Assembly: GCA_026025075.1 (NCBI GenBank)
Contig: JAPEUI010000067.1
Location: 1-64,000, forward strand
DNA length: 64,000 nt
Direction of reading: 5' to 3'
Origin: Vezdaea acicularis
Taxonomy: Eukaryota
Position numbers and translations under genes: made by a program. The notes under the pieces were generated by a model, which ran no database searches, had not been told where the DNA came from, and worked only from the letters and a program-made list of their open reading frames with translations. Positions 10,821 to 24,351 of the stretch are shown piece after piece. Within the stretch, counting starts at the first letter, position 1; every line of letters begins with the position of its first letter.

Positions 10821-13800
10821 GGCTGTTGATCTTCTGGGAACCAGATGTCTGTCCACAAAACTATTACAGTAATTCATATCATCAGTCGATGACTTAGAAG
10901 ATCTGGATGCATACTCATATTCCTACCTTGCCGAGTCAAAAGAGAGATTATTGAGTGACTGAAAATTGAAAGCATTTGCTGTATCTGTTTTCTGCTTGCT
11001 CTCTAGCACAAGCTCGTTGAGAGGAGGATTTGGTCACAATCAAAACGTCGACTAAGCGCTTAGGTTTAAGAGCTTTGGGCCAAGACTGATAGGTCATTAA
11101 AAGAGTGGGCTAAAATTGATTGCGTGTTCCGGAAAGAAAGGCCTTCCGAGACAGCTCCGCAGGTTGAGGGGATGTTAGAGCGTCTTTAGATCAACTCAGC
11201 CAGCCGAGGAGCAAAACTCGGAAACAAATACCTCAAGTAGAAGCGTGATGGTGGCAAGACGTGCAATGTAGATCCCTTGAGGGAAGCCCGGAAGATAATG
11301 GGCTGGCTTCACGGCCAATTGTCGAGGCATCTCGAGTCCCATTGACTATGCTATCTCATGCGTATGCGGCACCATGCATCTCTAGGCCCCACATCCGCCA
11401 AGAGATCGAAGGTTGCGTATATCGTAGCTCTGTGGATGATGCTAGTGATAGAGTCCTGCAGGTTAGAAGTTAGTCTTATTTGGACGAGGTTAACAGCTGC
11501 CAATGAGACCACGCACCATGTACATTCCCCTCTTCCCTTTGTGCCATGTCAAGAGCAAGTAGCTGAGATCTTCTCTCGTTCTTGCATCAGAGCCAGCAAG
11601 CTTGGGCATAGTAACTGATAGATATGCTCCTCATCAGGGGCATTATAATAGGCGGTCCTAGCGAGCGAATGACTTTCGAAAACAAGTGGCTGGCGGCTCT
11701 CCGATTCGTGTATTGGTTTTTGCTGATCCGCGGATAAGCAGTCGGAGCTCCGGAAAGCGTCCCCTGTAGACCCGAGCAAGTGTGTGCGTCTACAAGCTGG
11801 GATCAAAGGCCGAGAAGCTGATCTATAGATGCCCGTGACCCAAATCAGATTAAGATCTCTCCAGCTTTACCGCATATTTGACCGTAGCAAGCTTGCATGC
11901 CCTCGTTTGGCTATGTGTTCTCTCAAGGGGTTTCCCCCTTCTTCTGCTCCTGAGGACAGCAGGGCCGATAAACCCATAACCCGAGCTTTTGGGGCGTGAA
12001 ACGCCTTTCAAATACTAGAATCAAGTGATTCTCGTTGACTAAGCTCAAGCTTCGCTCAATTCCTGGGCCATGAAGCGGTCCGCCTGAGTGGCTTCGGGGA
12101 ATTTGACTCTGCCGTGTTGCCTCGTGGCCATAGGAATGATATGCACGCTCGCCTAGGCCATGCAAACCAGAGGCTGGAGACACGAGACGCGGCAATGGTC
12201 AGCAAGAGGTTAAGCCATGTTGCTGCTCTTGAGACAAAAGTTGAGCCTAGACCGTTGAGGTTCCGCAAAGAAAGCCTCCATGTTTGTGAAAAACATTGCG
12301 CGATCTCTAGCCCTGGTAAAATGGTTCAGTCGCCGGAAGGTCTCTTAGACAATCTTCAGTCTGTGCTGATAAGACTTGGGTTGTGGATTTCCCTTGTTGA
12401 AGGTGGTTGATGTCACTCCCACATACGTGAAGCGTAGCGCTGAACTAGACCATCAAGATATCATAGACATTGCGGGAGCGGCAAGGGAGCTGCCGTTGAG
12501 CTACCGAGAGCATTGACAGTGTCGTCATTCAGCTCACGGTAGCTAGGCATAAGCAGAATGGAATTGGATAATGGGAATCGAAAGATTGAACGTGGTGCCC
12601 AAGGCTTTCGGATGCTGTCTGATGAGTGGGAGGGAGTCGAGACGCCGCTCAAGCCATGCCCAATCATTCGGTTTCCGCTTTACGGCTCGTACTGCGCTAC
12701 TAAGCGGTGAGGGATATTCTTGTCAAACAGCTCGGCCTTTCGGGCCCTAGCTACCGGCGTATCAGTAGTGGCGTTGTACGTGTTAAGGTAGCTGCATGAC
12801 CACTAAGTAAAGGCGATGTAGGTTCGAAGGGAGATATGCGAGGAGCAACCTGTCACTCGGAAGCAGCAGGGGGGAAGCCTGCAAGCCTGCCTCGCCCTTC
12901 AAGCCTTTTTCGCTTAAGGGACCATCCTTGTCCGGACAGTCGATTGGTTGAAACGTCATTCTCAGGCCCTTTTATATGTATCCGCCTATCGTGTCGACTG
13001 CCTAGACCTATCACGCCCATTGCCATTTCGTATTCAAGACATATTATTAGACGGGCCAAGCGTCAAGGCGCACTTGTGTGGAGTGATTTCCTGAGCACTA
13101 AGCAGAGTGTGCATTGTATTTGCTGGAGAAAACCTGCGGCCAATACTGTTCAAAGATGCTCGGAGGAATGATCAACGGGTAGCCTAGCTAAAAGCCGCGT
13201 CTACATGTAACCGTCAAGCGGGCGGGATCGAGGATGAGGAGAATGAGCGGCACTGTGGGAGTGGTTTGTTGAGGATCACCACCAATGAAGAGAAGGCCTT
13301 GTCCACGCCGAGTGGGGACGGGGACGAGGTGGGGCCCACTTGCGTACGGGCCCATTTTGGCTGATCAGCTATGCTTATTGCACGCTAGTATGGGCTCCTC
13401 TCCGCATTCGGAAACAAAGTCGCCTATTCGGTACTGGGCCTGCAGCTCGTTATCTGGAGCCCTCTTAACAACAAGATCACGTGGAAGCACATCGAGACAT
13501 TCACCATTTGCCTACCCGTCAACCGGGCATCAACCAATATACTTCGTACCATCAAATTCAATTGCAAAGCACTGCCCTAAACTTGTCTGTCTTCCACGCT
13601 ATTGGCCAGTACTTTCCCCCCTGAACCTCACAGTAAACACTTCGTACTTTTTATAATCGTGCCAACCACCGAAAGAACCAGAAACAACTCTGGTGAACGG
13701 CACAAGCACTCTAGGCGGCAACGACAGCTAGCAAAATCCCACTCAGAGGTCTAGGATGCAGTTATGCCTCTAGAAGAGCTATACTCAGCGTCTCAAGGAC

Positions 13801-16800
13801 CTTGTGTAATTCCAATCTCGTACCTGCTATCATTAAGCTTCATTGGTTATGATCTTGCTCCTATATGAAGACCAAGAGACTGCAATGAAGGAATCGCTGT
13901 ATGGTGTAAGATGGTAGCTACATATCATTCCAAGAGGTAAGCCTATCAGAATGTCTTTTCGCGGAGATTTGGCAAAAAGCCTGCTTCCTCATTGTCAAGG
14001 ACATGTTCATACAAATTGCAAACGGAGGTACCTTGTTCGACAAGTGCCTCACTATATTCCTTACCTTTTATATCCTCCTGGACAATGTGCGAAGCTTTAA
14101 GATTTGCCATGATCCCAAATTATCTGTCTCTCTTTAGGCCTTAAATTCTCGTGGATGAAATGTTCAGCTACCAGATAACGGTAGTGCAGGCCCTGTTTAT
14201 GTGGCTGTCAGTCACACCTCTAACTTGACATTGACCTTAAGTTTCTGGAGACAGCCTATGAATATACGGTGACAGTGTTTAGGACTGTCAAAGCCTTTCT
14301 AACTGCGGGTGATCACGCGATTGATAGAAGAATTCCCTTTTCAATTGGTCTGAAGCGGTCGGTAAGACCTCTTTTCCGAGGACCTCAATCATTTGTACTG
14401 TGATTCTGGCTCTGGAGTATGCTTACTGATCGCAAATCGATATTGGAATTCGGTCTGTTCTCTCCATATGATTTCATATGATTTAACATAAGACCTTGTC
14501 AACATGACTTTGTTCGCGATCTTGGCATGTGAAGAAAATCTTAGCTACAGACAATAGTCTGTCTCTGTTCATGAAAGAAAGAGTAGGAGAGAAGGTAAGC
14601 CGGGAGGTGAATAGCTCATTCGTGATAACTTACCCATAAAATAAAACAAAGATATTGGTGATGCGATGGTTATTGTGGAGGTAGGCCTGATAGGATGTAG
14701 GGGATGAGAAGGCAGATATAGTCCTAGCATGGTTATGCAGTGGTTAACGCCGAAGGTTCTTTGAGACGATTCACTATTCGCTCAACGAGTATGCGCCTAG
14801 CGGAATCCTCTCATTGCCGCTGGATTGAACGATGAACGATTTTGCTAGTGGTGAGATGATTGAATCGAGAAAGCCAATTAGACCTCGCGTGAAGCTAGTA
14901 TCGTAAAAATAGCTTGCCATAAGCTTGTTCCAGCCGTTCAGTTATATCTTACTTGATTCGTAATCTCTCTTGTTGTTACAGCTGATTGATTATTTCAGAT
15001 CTGACCAGATCATGTTGAGCGTATAGAATAGCCTTGGCTATGGAATCTCAATGGTCTGTATTACGACACAATACCATCATTTAAAAAACAGACCAAACAC
15101 GTCAGTCTTTCACGAGTTAGGTTGCCATTCCGGTAGATGGAGCTTTGGTCCTAAGCAGAGCCGGTTTAAAAGTAAACCTCCAACTGGTGCATCTTGAGAA
15201 CGATTTCAAGGAAGAAGAATTTGAGTCCTTGACCATGTTCTAATGGAAACGCGCTAATGGGGATGCTTCAGCCCCATTTCACGGTTAGAAGATAGCGGCG
15301 ATGACAGCAAGCACTTCAACAAAAGTTCTACCGGGAGGAAGGTGGATCAATCATTTTTAGTAGAAAAAGAGAACGTCAACTGATCTGACTCAGGGATGAT
15401 GGCTAGATGCCAGTTCTAATTGCTGCCAGCCTTTAGAACGGTAGGATTGTGATGCGCCATCGTTCTTATGAAACGTATGGCTTTACATCTTTTCTTCCAA
15501 CACATGGAACTGGAAGTGGCCAGTTTGCATATTTCTGAAAACGGTCCACTTATCGTTGCTCATAATCGACTTGGCCTTTAAGTTAAGGGGCCTAAAGCTG
15601 CTCGTCGGATTAAAGCCACCACTACTACGAAGGCGAGCGGGCAGGCGATCATTTATGCTGCAAGGTAGATAGGGGCGACGGCTGCAGTCAACCGTTTTAG
15701 CAGTCTTCTGGAGCTACTCCAGGTATCTCCAAGTACAAATTTGACAGAATGAGTTTAGGAAGCTCGACATGATTGTCATAAATCTCGCATAGATAGGGGC
15801 TTCCGGTCCCTGCAAACCCCCGATATAGCACGAACTTGGCCTAAGTTCTCCAGAGTCATTATTTCGTAAAGTGTAAGTACTCTTCATTGCATTCTGTCGT
15901 TTGCAAGATGGTCTGGTACTTTCTGGTGCCGCTAGGTTCTCCTCAAGATGGTCCGATCCTGGTGTGGTAACCTTGCTCCGCCTGTCTGCGTATGCGAGAC
16001 TTTCACCAACCGTCTAAGCGCCTCAGTGCACTCCGTTACGAACTCCAGTCCTTTAATACGGGTGGGGAGGCACGTCAGCAGTAGGCTCAAACGTTACGAG
16101 ATGAGTCTCCGAATCTCAAGGCACTTGAGAATGACGGAAGAGAAAGCCGAACATCTTCTGACAAGCATCAGAAGCAGCTATTTTACAGTTACGGCTCCCT
16201 TTTTCGTCATCGATGCCGACAGGGGAAGGCAAGGATGATCTGCGACCCCCCTGCGCTACCATTCGAGTGGCTTGGTGATTCGCGACAGCGCTAGTGGCAT
16301 TTATGATGTAACTATTTCGTAGGCAGATGACGCGTGGCGACGGAAAGCGACGCGATGCTATTGAATTCAGTGGTGCTGGGCCACCGGGGTTTCAATGCGA
16401 CGAAGCTCAAACTGTGGCTTGCCTGCCGTTAGCGAGCGGGCATGAGATCATCTCAGATCGATGGAACGGCAGAAGGCCGTTGCCCAATGCAAAAAAGAGT
16501 CTGGCGCTTTTCTGAAGGAAACCTTGATGTCCTTTCATCCGTCTTTGGGATGTTCAACCGTGGTCGGGCGTGGCCGGTTTCGATCGATGGGAGGGGGCGA
16601 CTATTGATTTCTCGTGGACAGAAGTCAGCGCGGGAATTGTCGTGGTGATGATGGCCCAGAAACTGGGAAGTCGTGATGCGCCACAGTGAGGAGAAGTGGA
16701 GGCGTCGGCGCGCTTGGCTTCATTTTGTGCCCTTGACTCGTTCAGCTACAGCTGCGGGGAAGGAACAATATTATGCTTAGCCGCGTGCGCCCACTGTCTT

Positions 16801-17375
16801 TGATGATGTTCCCAGTGTTTCTTGCCGCGCCCGTCATCCAGCGTAAGTAACTGCTGTCGCTGTAAATAAGACGATCTAGTGTCTCGTGTCTCGTGTCTCT
16901 CCTAGTCGAAAGAGCAAGTTGCGGCAAGATCAGCCACACAATGGCATTGGCATTCGCAATTGCGTTTGGGGAGAAAGTGCCAGAAAGCTGGGCTAGTCTG
17001 AAGCCGAGCTCGCTGCTCCGGAGCTGGCTGCTTGACGTCGGTTTGCCTACTTTTTCGCCAATGCTCCTGCTGTTGCTGATGACGTCGTGATGAGTGACGA
17101 TCCCTGCTTTGCTCAACCGCAATTTCCCTTGCCCACCCCGAATAAAGGGCAGCTACGATCCTACCCTTCCTTGCGTCTGATTTTTCTCGTTCACATTCTT
17201 CCTCTCCACCTAACACAATTCCTCACACTCACATACCGCTTCTACTAGCAATTCACTGCATTGTTTTGAATCTTCACGATCTGTGAGGACTATATACCCA
17301 TTCACTTTAGCAGCGAGCAATCCCCGCACGTCCAAAACGCAATTGTATCATTAAACCGCGATCTCTACCGCCATT

Positions 17376-20300
17376 ATGACTTCCGCAGCCGTTAACCGGC
17401 CGACGAATGTCAAGCAGAAGGAGGTAGATATTAACCAGAAGCTTCAGTTTTATGGTATCTACACAGGTACGTAACTGTCCCAGTTCAATGTTCTACAGAG
17501 TTGCTTGCGTGCACACGACGACGAGAGTGCTGACATTGTCTGTTCCACCAGCATTTGCCAATGGCAAAGTCCCCTCCAACAAGCAAATTGATGTTGCCTT
17601 GAACAGCGCTCTCAGTTCAAAGCAGCTCTCGTCACCTGACAGCAGACTCTCCACCGAGGGCAAGCACTTGATTGCTGATCTTAAGACCGTCATTGAGGAA
17701 GCTAAGGTTCTCTTACTCACGAAGAATGAGGGAAACCTACTTCAAGACTTCATCTGGCAAACAGAACAACTTAGTGGTGGAAGCGCAACTACACCCAACG
17801 CTCCCGTCGATAAGGAGACAGCAAAGCAGCACGGCAACGAGGCTTTGAATGGTCTCCGAACGCTTGGCACTTTGATGATTTCTAATGGTCAATTTCGAAA
17901 GCTTTGTCAGTTACGCCACTCCTTCAAAGCCATTTGAAAATACTAACAGTTACTAGTGAGCGATGCCACCTTACTTCTTCGAGACATTGCAGGTGATGCT
18001 GCACAGAGTGCGGCTAACCGTGTGAATCCATCTGAGGACAGACTCGCCAATATCGACGCTCCGGCACCAGACAACACCTGGCATGATGTTCCAGACCTCT
18101 CAAGGGAAAACCTCAAGAACCAGGCGAAATCGACGTATGATAATAAGAAGCCTTTTGGTAGCAAGGACGTAAAAGATGCTGTAGGAGATGCATCTCAAAC
18201 TGCTGATCCCGCTGGCAACCGAGATCCCACTGCTCCAGCCCAAGGAGCTGCAGAGTCCCAAGTGGATGGCACTGCCACTGGCGTCGATGCTACGTCCGGC
18301 GCTGCGGCTGGCGCTCAAACGTTGAAAGATCGTGCTAGCACCAATATCTCCGGTGATACCAAGAATAAGACCAAGGAAATTAATGCACGCACTCAAGATT
18401 ATCTCAAGTCTAAGATGCCTCAGGAACGCCGTGAACAGACTATCTGGCGCTTGAAGAAAATGATCGTCGAGATCCAAGGACACCCCGATTGTGAGTCAAG
18501 CTCTGCTAACGGAATCGGATGTCGCTAACCCTTAACCAAGACCAGCAAGCCATCGAGACTCTTTTGAATCTTGCCGAGACTTATGCCGGACATGGCAAGA
18601 ATCTACATGGACAGACGAAAGGAACCGTGAAAGGTGCACACGAAGACGACTCTTTGAACGTGGCGGAGGCTGATCTGAGAGTACGTCTCTCTAGGTGTTA
18701 TACAGGAAAATAAGACCATGCTGACTGACTTCAAGACCCTCATCGAACGTTTCGCCAATAGCACTTCCATGGATGACGTGTTCGATGCTCTCAATCAAAT
18801 CTATCGTGATGCCGACAACGATCCTGAGCTTAAGAACTGGTTCAAGAGCATAGATGCCTACATTCGAAAGTGTCTGAGGGAACAAGGTTTCATTTTACAG
18901 GATTCTTCTACTCAAGAATGGAATCAGCTCTATGACAGGGGCCACTATCTTCTCCGCGAGAAATATCGCACCCACACTGACCGTATCGTTGATGAGGCGA
19001 AGTATTTGGCCGATCAATTTGATAAGGATCCCCAGAACAAACAATTCGCCAACTCCATCAACAAATTATTCAATGACCTCGGAAACGACCAGAACGGGAA
19101 GCCGACATTTAAGCCACATCTTATCAAGGACTTGACTGATGTCATTCTTCCGACCATTTTCGAGAATGTCGCATATATTCCTATTCCACGAATTGAGTAC
19201 TCCGACCCTGGAATGGATGCTGTCGTTGAGAATCTTGTTGTCGAGAGCGACAATCTGATGCCTAACGTTTTGGAGTTTGGAAGTGACAACTATTTCCGAT
19301 GGGGCCGCAAATCTGTGAAGAGTACCAATACCAACAAAGTATTGTTGTCAGTATCTGGAATTCAGATGGATCTAAGAGGTAAGCTTTGTTCTATCTCATC
19401 GAGGAGCATATAACTAATACGAGCAGACGTGAGCTACTATATTAAGAAGAAGCAAGGTTTCCCTGCGATCACTGACAAGGGTCTCATGGATATCTTCATG
19501 GGCGGCGAAGGCTTCAGTTTTAAGATCAAGATGTCGACCGCTGAAAGCAAGGATCGTGCTCATTTCTTCAAGGTTGAGAACGTCGCAGTTCAGGTCAAAC
19601 ACCTCAAGATCAAATTGAAGCAATCAAAGTTCAAGATTCCGTTCACTCTCTTCAAGCCGCTGCTCTCAGCAGTCATTCGACCAGCGATTCAGAAGGTCCT
19701 TGAGAAGCAGATTCGCGATTCTGTTGCACAAGCTGATGCATTCTGCTACGACATTTATCAAGAAGTCCAGAGGGCTCAAAACGAGATCTTGCAGAACCCC
19801 GATCCCGAGAATGTGCAGAACATTTATCAACGTTATTATACCGCCGCTCAGAAACGCTTTTTGCAGGGCAAGCAAAAGGCCGCGGACGCGAAGGCCGCCA
19901 CTGAGGATAAGCATGTCAACGTAGCCATGACTAAACACGACTCTCTCTTCAAGGATGTTAACCTCCCGGGTGGCATTTCTACCAAGGCTACAGAGTATAA
20001 GGAGTTGGCCCTGAAGGGCGACAAGTGGGAGTCACCAGTCTTCGGCATTGGCAGCGCTAAAGAGTCAACCAACCTCCCGAAAGTTGCCCCTGTCCGCAGA
20101 CGTGGTGGAGGCGCAGTTGGTGGATCAAGTGGTACTACTGGTGGTACAGCTGGCACGACTGGTACTGGTGCTGCTGGCTTCCGTAATGAGGTTGGTGCAG
20201 CCTTTGACTCCAATCGTGATCTATCCCTTAACAGTCCTGGCCAGACCGCCCGTGCTACCGGCACTCAGGGGAACACTTACGGTTCGAACGGCACTACACT

Positions 20301-20382
20301 CGGCGCAAATAACCCCGTCGTCAATGGCACCGCGAAGACTGACACTCTCGGATCTGATGTTCGCACTGCCATCAACTCTTAA
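17376..20382 (+). CDS. Conserved fungal DUF4449/DUF5923-type protein (BPI/TULIP-like C-terminus)
   Basis: MTSAAVNRPTNVKQKEVDINQKLQFYGIY|AFANGKVPSNKQID; ORFs 17452, 17956, 18519, 18718, 19429 join through 5 introns; YIPIPRIEYSD and ENLVVESDNLMPN motifs. Confidence 0.8.
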
Positions 20383-21231
20383 ACGATCGATTGGCTCTCG
20401 AAACGACATTCATCGACATTTCATTTGTATTGTGTTGCAATGATACCACTTCAAGCGTCTTGTACATCAGCGAAGAGACCGCCCAACCACTAATTCAAAG
20501 GAAAAGATCATATCAAGGGTGTGTGATGATTCTTGTTATTCTCCTCACTGGGTAGCGTGCTCAAGCATGAGAAGTTCAAACTTGAGTTTTAGGGCCCTCA
20601 GCACTTTCGTGCTTGTAGCAACTACCCTTGCAACGTCGTCTTTTGGGGTCGGTGGTGTGCAATTTCCTTAACATGTGCTAAAAGCAATGAAATAACGATC
20701 ATTTTCCATGCTATGAATGAATGACAACTGTGACGTGACATATTAGTGATCCTGATCCATTTTCGAGCACCCCATTTTTGGAAATTGGCACTTTCAGAAA
20801 AGCATTGAGACACAATAGGTCGCTCCGCCGTCAAAAATCTGCTCCACCATGATCTAAAGTATACTTGATCCGGCGCTCAGCCGGCGTCACAAAACCTACT
20901 GCAAGTTAAATTGTAAAAAAGCCTTAGGGTCCATATCCCGAACAATGGCACGATGTAGAGCTTTGTTGCTGCTATGGTATATCTCATGCTCGTGCTAGAA
21001 ATTTAGGCTCGTTTCTATGTCGAGCCTAGTCTTTTGTCCATGCTCGAACGTAGAGATTGCTGCACGTGACCAAGACGTGTCGATGCCTCGTCAAGAAAAG
21101 GGATCTCCCGGACGCGAGTGCCGATTAAGCCATCAAACACCCATTCGTGCCTCAATATCGCCGGATGGAATGACTGAGATCCGACCTTTAACCTTTAGTC
21201 CATTAGAAATAGATCTCGGCATTTTGCTAGG

Positions 21232-22631
21232 ATGACAGACAAACTCCCCCCCAACCTTCTCGCGCTCTTCGCTCCACGTCCTGGTTTGCGTTACATACCT
21301 GCCACTGATCATGCTCCGGAGACAAGATCAACAAGTCGCATCGACGGCGTCGCACAATATCTCGAAGCATTGAAGGCACCAAGTGAAGATTACGTGCCTA
21401 CGGAAAGCTGGCTCCAACGACGTGATCGAGTGAAAGCCGAGAAGAGGGAGAAGCAACAGAAGCTCGTTACAGAAGGAGTTTCAAACTGTGAGGGCGACCC
21501 GTCATGTCCTTATTCTTCTAATATTGTTCGTCCTGAGGCGGTCTATGCTAACATATGATCTTTTTTCTAGTTGATCCGAGTTCTGATCCACAAGTGAGAG
21601 GCGACAAATACAAGACGCTGTTCGTTGCGAGGTTAAGCTATGAAGCAAAAGAGTCGGATTTGGAGAGGGAATTTGGGCGGTTTGGTCCTATTGAACGCGT
21701 ATGTATCCTATCTTCGTTTGCCTTGGGCTTATTGATATTGACCGTGCTTGTTTTACAGATTCGGATAGTCACAGACACCCACCCTGACAGCAAAAAAGGA
21801 AAGAAGAAGCCCCACCGAGGTTACGCATTTATTGTCTATGAGCGAGAGAAAGATCTTAAAGCTGCATACAAAGAAACAAATGGTATACGTATCAAAGACC
21901 GAAGAGTATTGGTAGACGTGGAACGCGGTCGCACGGTCCCCGACTGGAGGCCTAGACGTTTCGGTGGTGGTAAGGGCGGACGTGGGTATACAAAAGCGGC
22001 ACCTCCCCGACCCGCCGCCCCAGGTGGATTCGGCCCGCCAGCCGGCCCTGGTGGCGGTTTACGTGGTGGGTTCAGAGGCGGCTTTGGCGGTGACCGAGGA
22101 GGTGGGTTCCGCGGCGGTAGGGGTGGATTCGGCCAACCAAGAGGTGGAATTGGCTACCAAGGCGGCGGGGGTTTCGGAGGTCGTGGTGGTTATGGTGGGT
22201 CTCCAAACGGATTCAGTAGCAGCGCACCGCCTCCCAACGCTCCATCTGGGCCTGGTGGTAGCGGGCGCTTTGGCAGCGACAGAGGCGGAGGAGGCGGCTT
22301 CGGCTCTGGTGGGTATGGCGGCGACGCTCCAAACGGCTCTGGCATAAATGGCGGTGGGTATGGCGACTCGAGAGGTGGCCGCTCATATGATGACAGGAAC
22401 TCGTCTTTCCGCGGCAGCAGAGGTTTTGGAGATCGCGGCGGTGATCCTCGAGGAGCGAGTGGAAGTAATCGTGAGCCGGTAAGACCCAGAGAGGATAGGG
22501 GATACGGCGACCGCGATCGAGACCGTGAGCGTGGCGGATACGGCGGGAGGTACAGAGACGAAGACAGCGGCAGGAAAAGACACCATGATGAAGATGGGTA
22601 TGACGACCACAGAAGTAAGCGACGGTACTAG
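21232..22631 (+). CDS. SNP1: U1 snRNP 70 kDa protein
   Basis: [18 protein letters not shown]-terminus; [13 protein letters not shown]...RGYAFIVY...[28 protein letters not shown]-rich tail; introns 21488-21570 and 21699-21758. Confidence 0.97.
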
Positions 22632-22709
22632 GCCTAGGAACCTCGATACTGGGTTTGTACCTTGGTGGGTCTCTTCTGGTACTTTTCATCATCATCATCC
22701 CTTTGTCAT

Positions 22710-23270
22710 CAAGGGTAAGGTCTACGTCTTCTCCACGGCTCTGGCGTATTTGTGTCAATCCTTCGACGTTTTTTTAGTGTTCTACCTTTTAGAACCCCTT
22801 TCAAGGTAATCCACTCCAGAAAGGCGCCATATCAAAAAGGTTCGATTACATCGAAGGTAAAACGCGAAATCTTCCTACTCTCGGTAGGTTGAGGCCGGCT
22901 CTATGCGTTTCTCGTTAAGAAAAGCTAGCTCTCGCCACGAGCTTATACGCCGAAGGTACACTTACACACCATTTCTCAAACTCCTCCGTGGTATACGATC
23001 AATTACAGTGATTCAAAGGTACAGAGTGCTGCTTGATATCTTAAGGTACACCAGATCGTCCCATGGCAAGGCGAAGGTAAAGGCCTCGTTTTCTCACAGC
23101 AGGTCACGCTGTCTTCACCAGACGATTCTCGAGAGAAATTTGCCTGTCGGCTTTCCCTAATCTTCTACTTCCTGTTTCACTTTCCCAGCTTCCTACTGGT
23201 GAGTATGTATTAAAAGCTCTCTGTATTTTGGGCCACGCGCTCGAGCGAGATAAGGTCACAGGTAAGACCT
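22710..23270 (+). promoter_or_regulatory. Array of 5'-splice-site-like (U1 snRNA-complementary) motifs in the U1-70K 3' region
   Basis: Six exact AAGGTA at 22803, 22854, 22953, 23016, 23043, 23074 plus GG|GTAAGG (~22712), CTG|GTGAGT (23196) and CAG|GTAAGA (23259). Confidence 0.7.
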
Positions 23271-23535
23271 TTGGCGATGTACTTGCTGCTGCTTCATCAA
23301 ATCTTGTATTATGGACTTACGGACGGGATGCAGTCACTGAGTAGGGATGCGAGGAAGAGGGCTGTAGCAATTTCAACATCATGTCTTTGATAGGCCTTCT
23401 TGTAGTTATGTACAATTGTTGGTTCTGTCTACTGCTATGATACTCATGAAGCCCGCCGTGCAAATCCTATACCTGCGCCGTACACCGGGTGTGCTTATTC
23501 TCCGACATTCTCCCCACCCTGTACTCATATCCGCC

Positions 23536-24351
23536 TCACGCCTCAACATCCATAGCCCCAACCTCCTTCACCTCCCCCGTTGCCGCCTCCCACCAGGCCA
23601 GCACCCTAACCCCAAACTCAGCTCTCTCCACCCCAAACACCCTCAACAACCTCGCCTGCTTCCCATCCAGCGTCTCGCCCTCTTTACAGACCGTGTAAGC
23701 ATTCTCCAATAGTATCTTTCCCTTCACAAGCCTACTCGGTACGCCCAACCCCCTAATCGTCGGCTCGAGGCTATGCGCTAGCGGCACGTCGTCTTCTGGC
23801 ATGACGGTCGTGGGGTTGCTATAGACCACGCCGGCCGGTAAGGTGAGTGTCAGGGGGGCGGGTGTGGATGTGCGTGATGGGGAGAAGGGGTGAAATGCGT
23901 CGAGGATAGGAAGGAGTGCGGTGGGAGGGAGGTGCGAGAAGAGGAGGGAGTTCTCGCCGTGTAGGTGCGCACTTAGTGATGAGAGGCCGGCGGCGTATTC
24001 GTCGGGCGGAGTGAGTCCAAGCGATTTCGCCATTACTTTTGTTTTGCCTAGAAAGAGCCTATTAGTTTCAATGGGTTAGCTGCCGATCATCTTTTCTTGC
24101 TTCGAGCGCTTAAGAGACGGATAAGAAGGAATAGAGAAGGGAATGGTCGGAGGTACGCACCGACTCCCTTCAAGCTCCTGCCGGATATCTTTGAGGTGCT
24201 TGTTACGCATGTTATCGACGGCGAAGACATAGGCGTAAGGATAAGTATCGGCGCAGTTGCGGATATCGCCGAAAAGCTTGAGAGCGTGCTCTTTGCCCTT
24301 TTTCTGAACCTTGGAGGTGGGTACTATGCGGGCGCGCTTGGATTTAGGCAT
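23536..24351 (-). CDS. MRT4: Ribosome assembly / mRNA turnover protein Mrt4
   Basis: MPKSKRARIV...FAVDNMRNKHLKDIR, LFLGKTKVMAKSLG, HSLEPTIRGLGVPSRLVKGKI, YTVCKEGETLDGKQARLL; one intron. Confidence 0.95.

Noticed and set aside
11900..12410. Minus-strand frame with a few stops, possible RIP-mutated pseudogene
   Set aside because: Read-through translation resembles nothing I recognise
13650..15950. Possible telomerase RNA or other long ncRNA in the ORF-free gap
   Set aside because: No CTAACCCTAA-type template seen on either strand; no positive evidence
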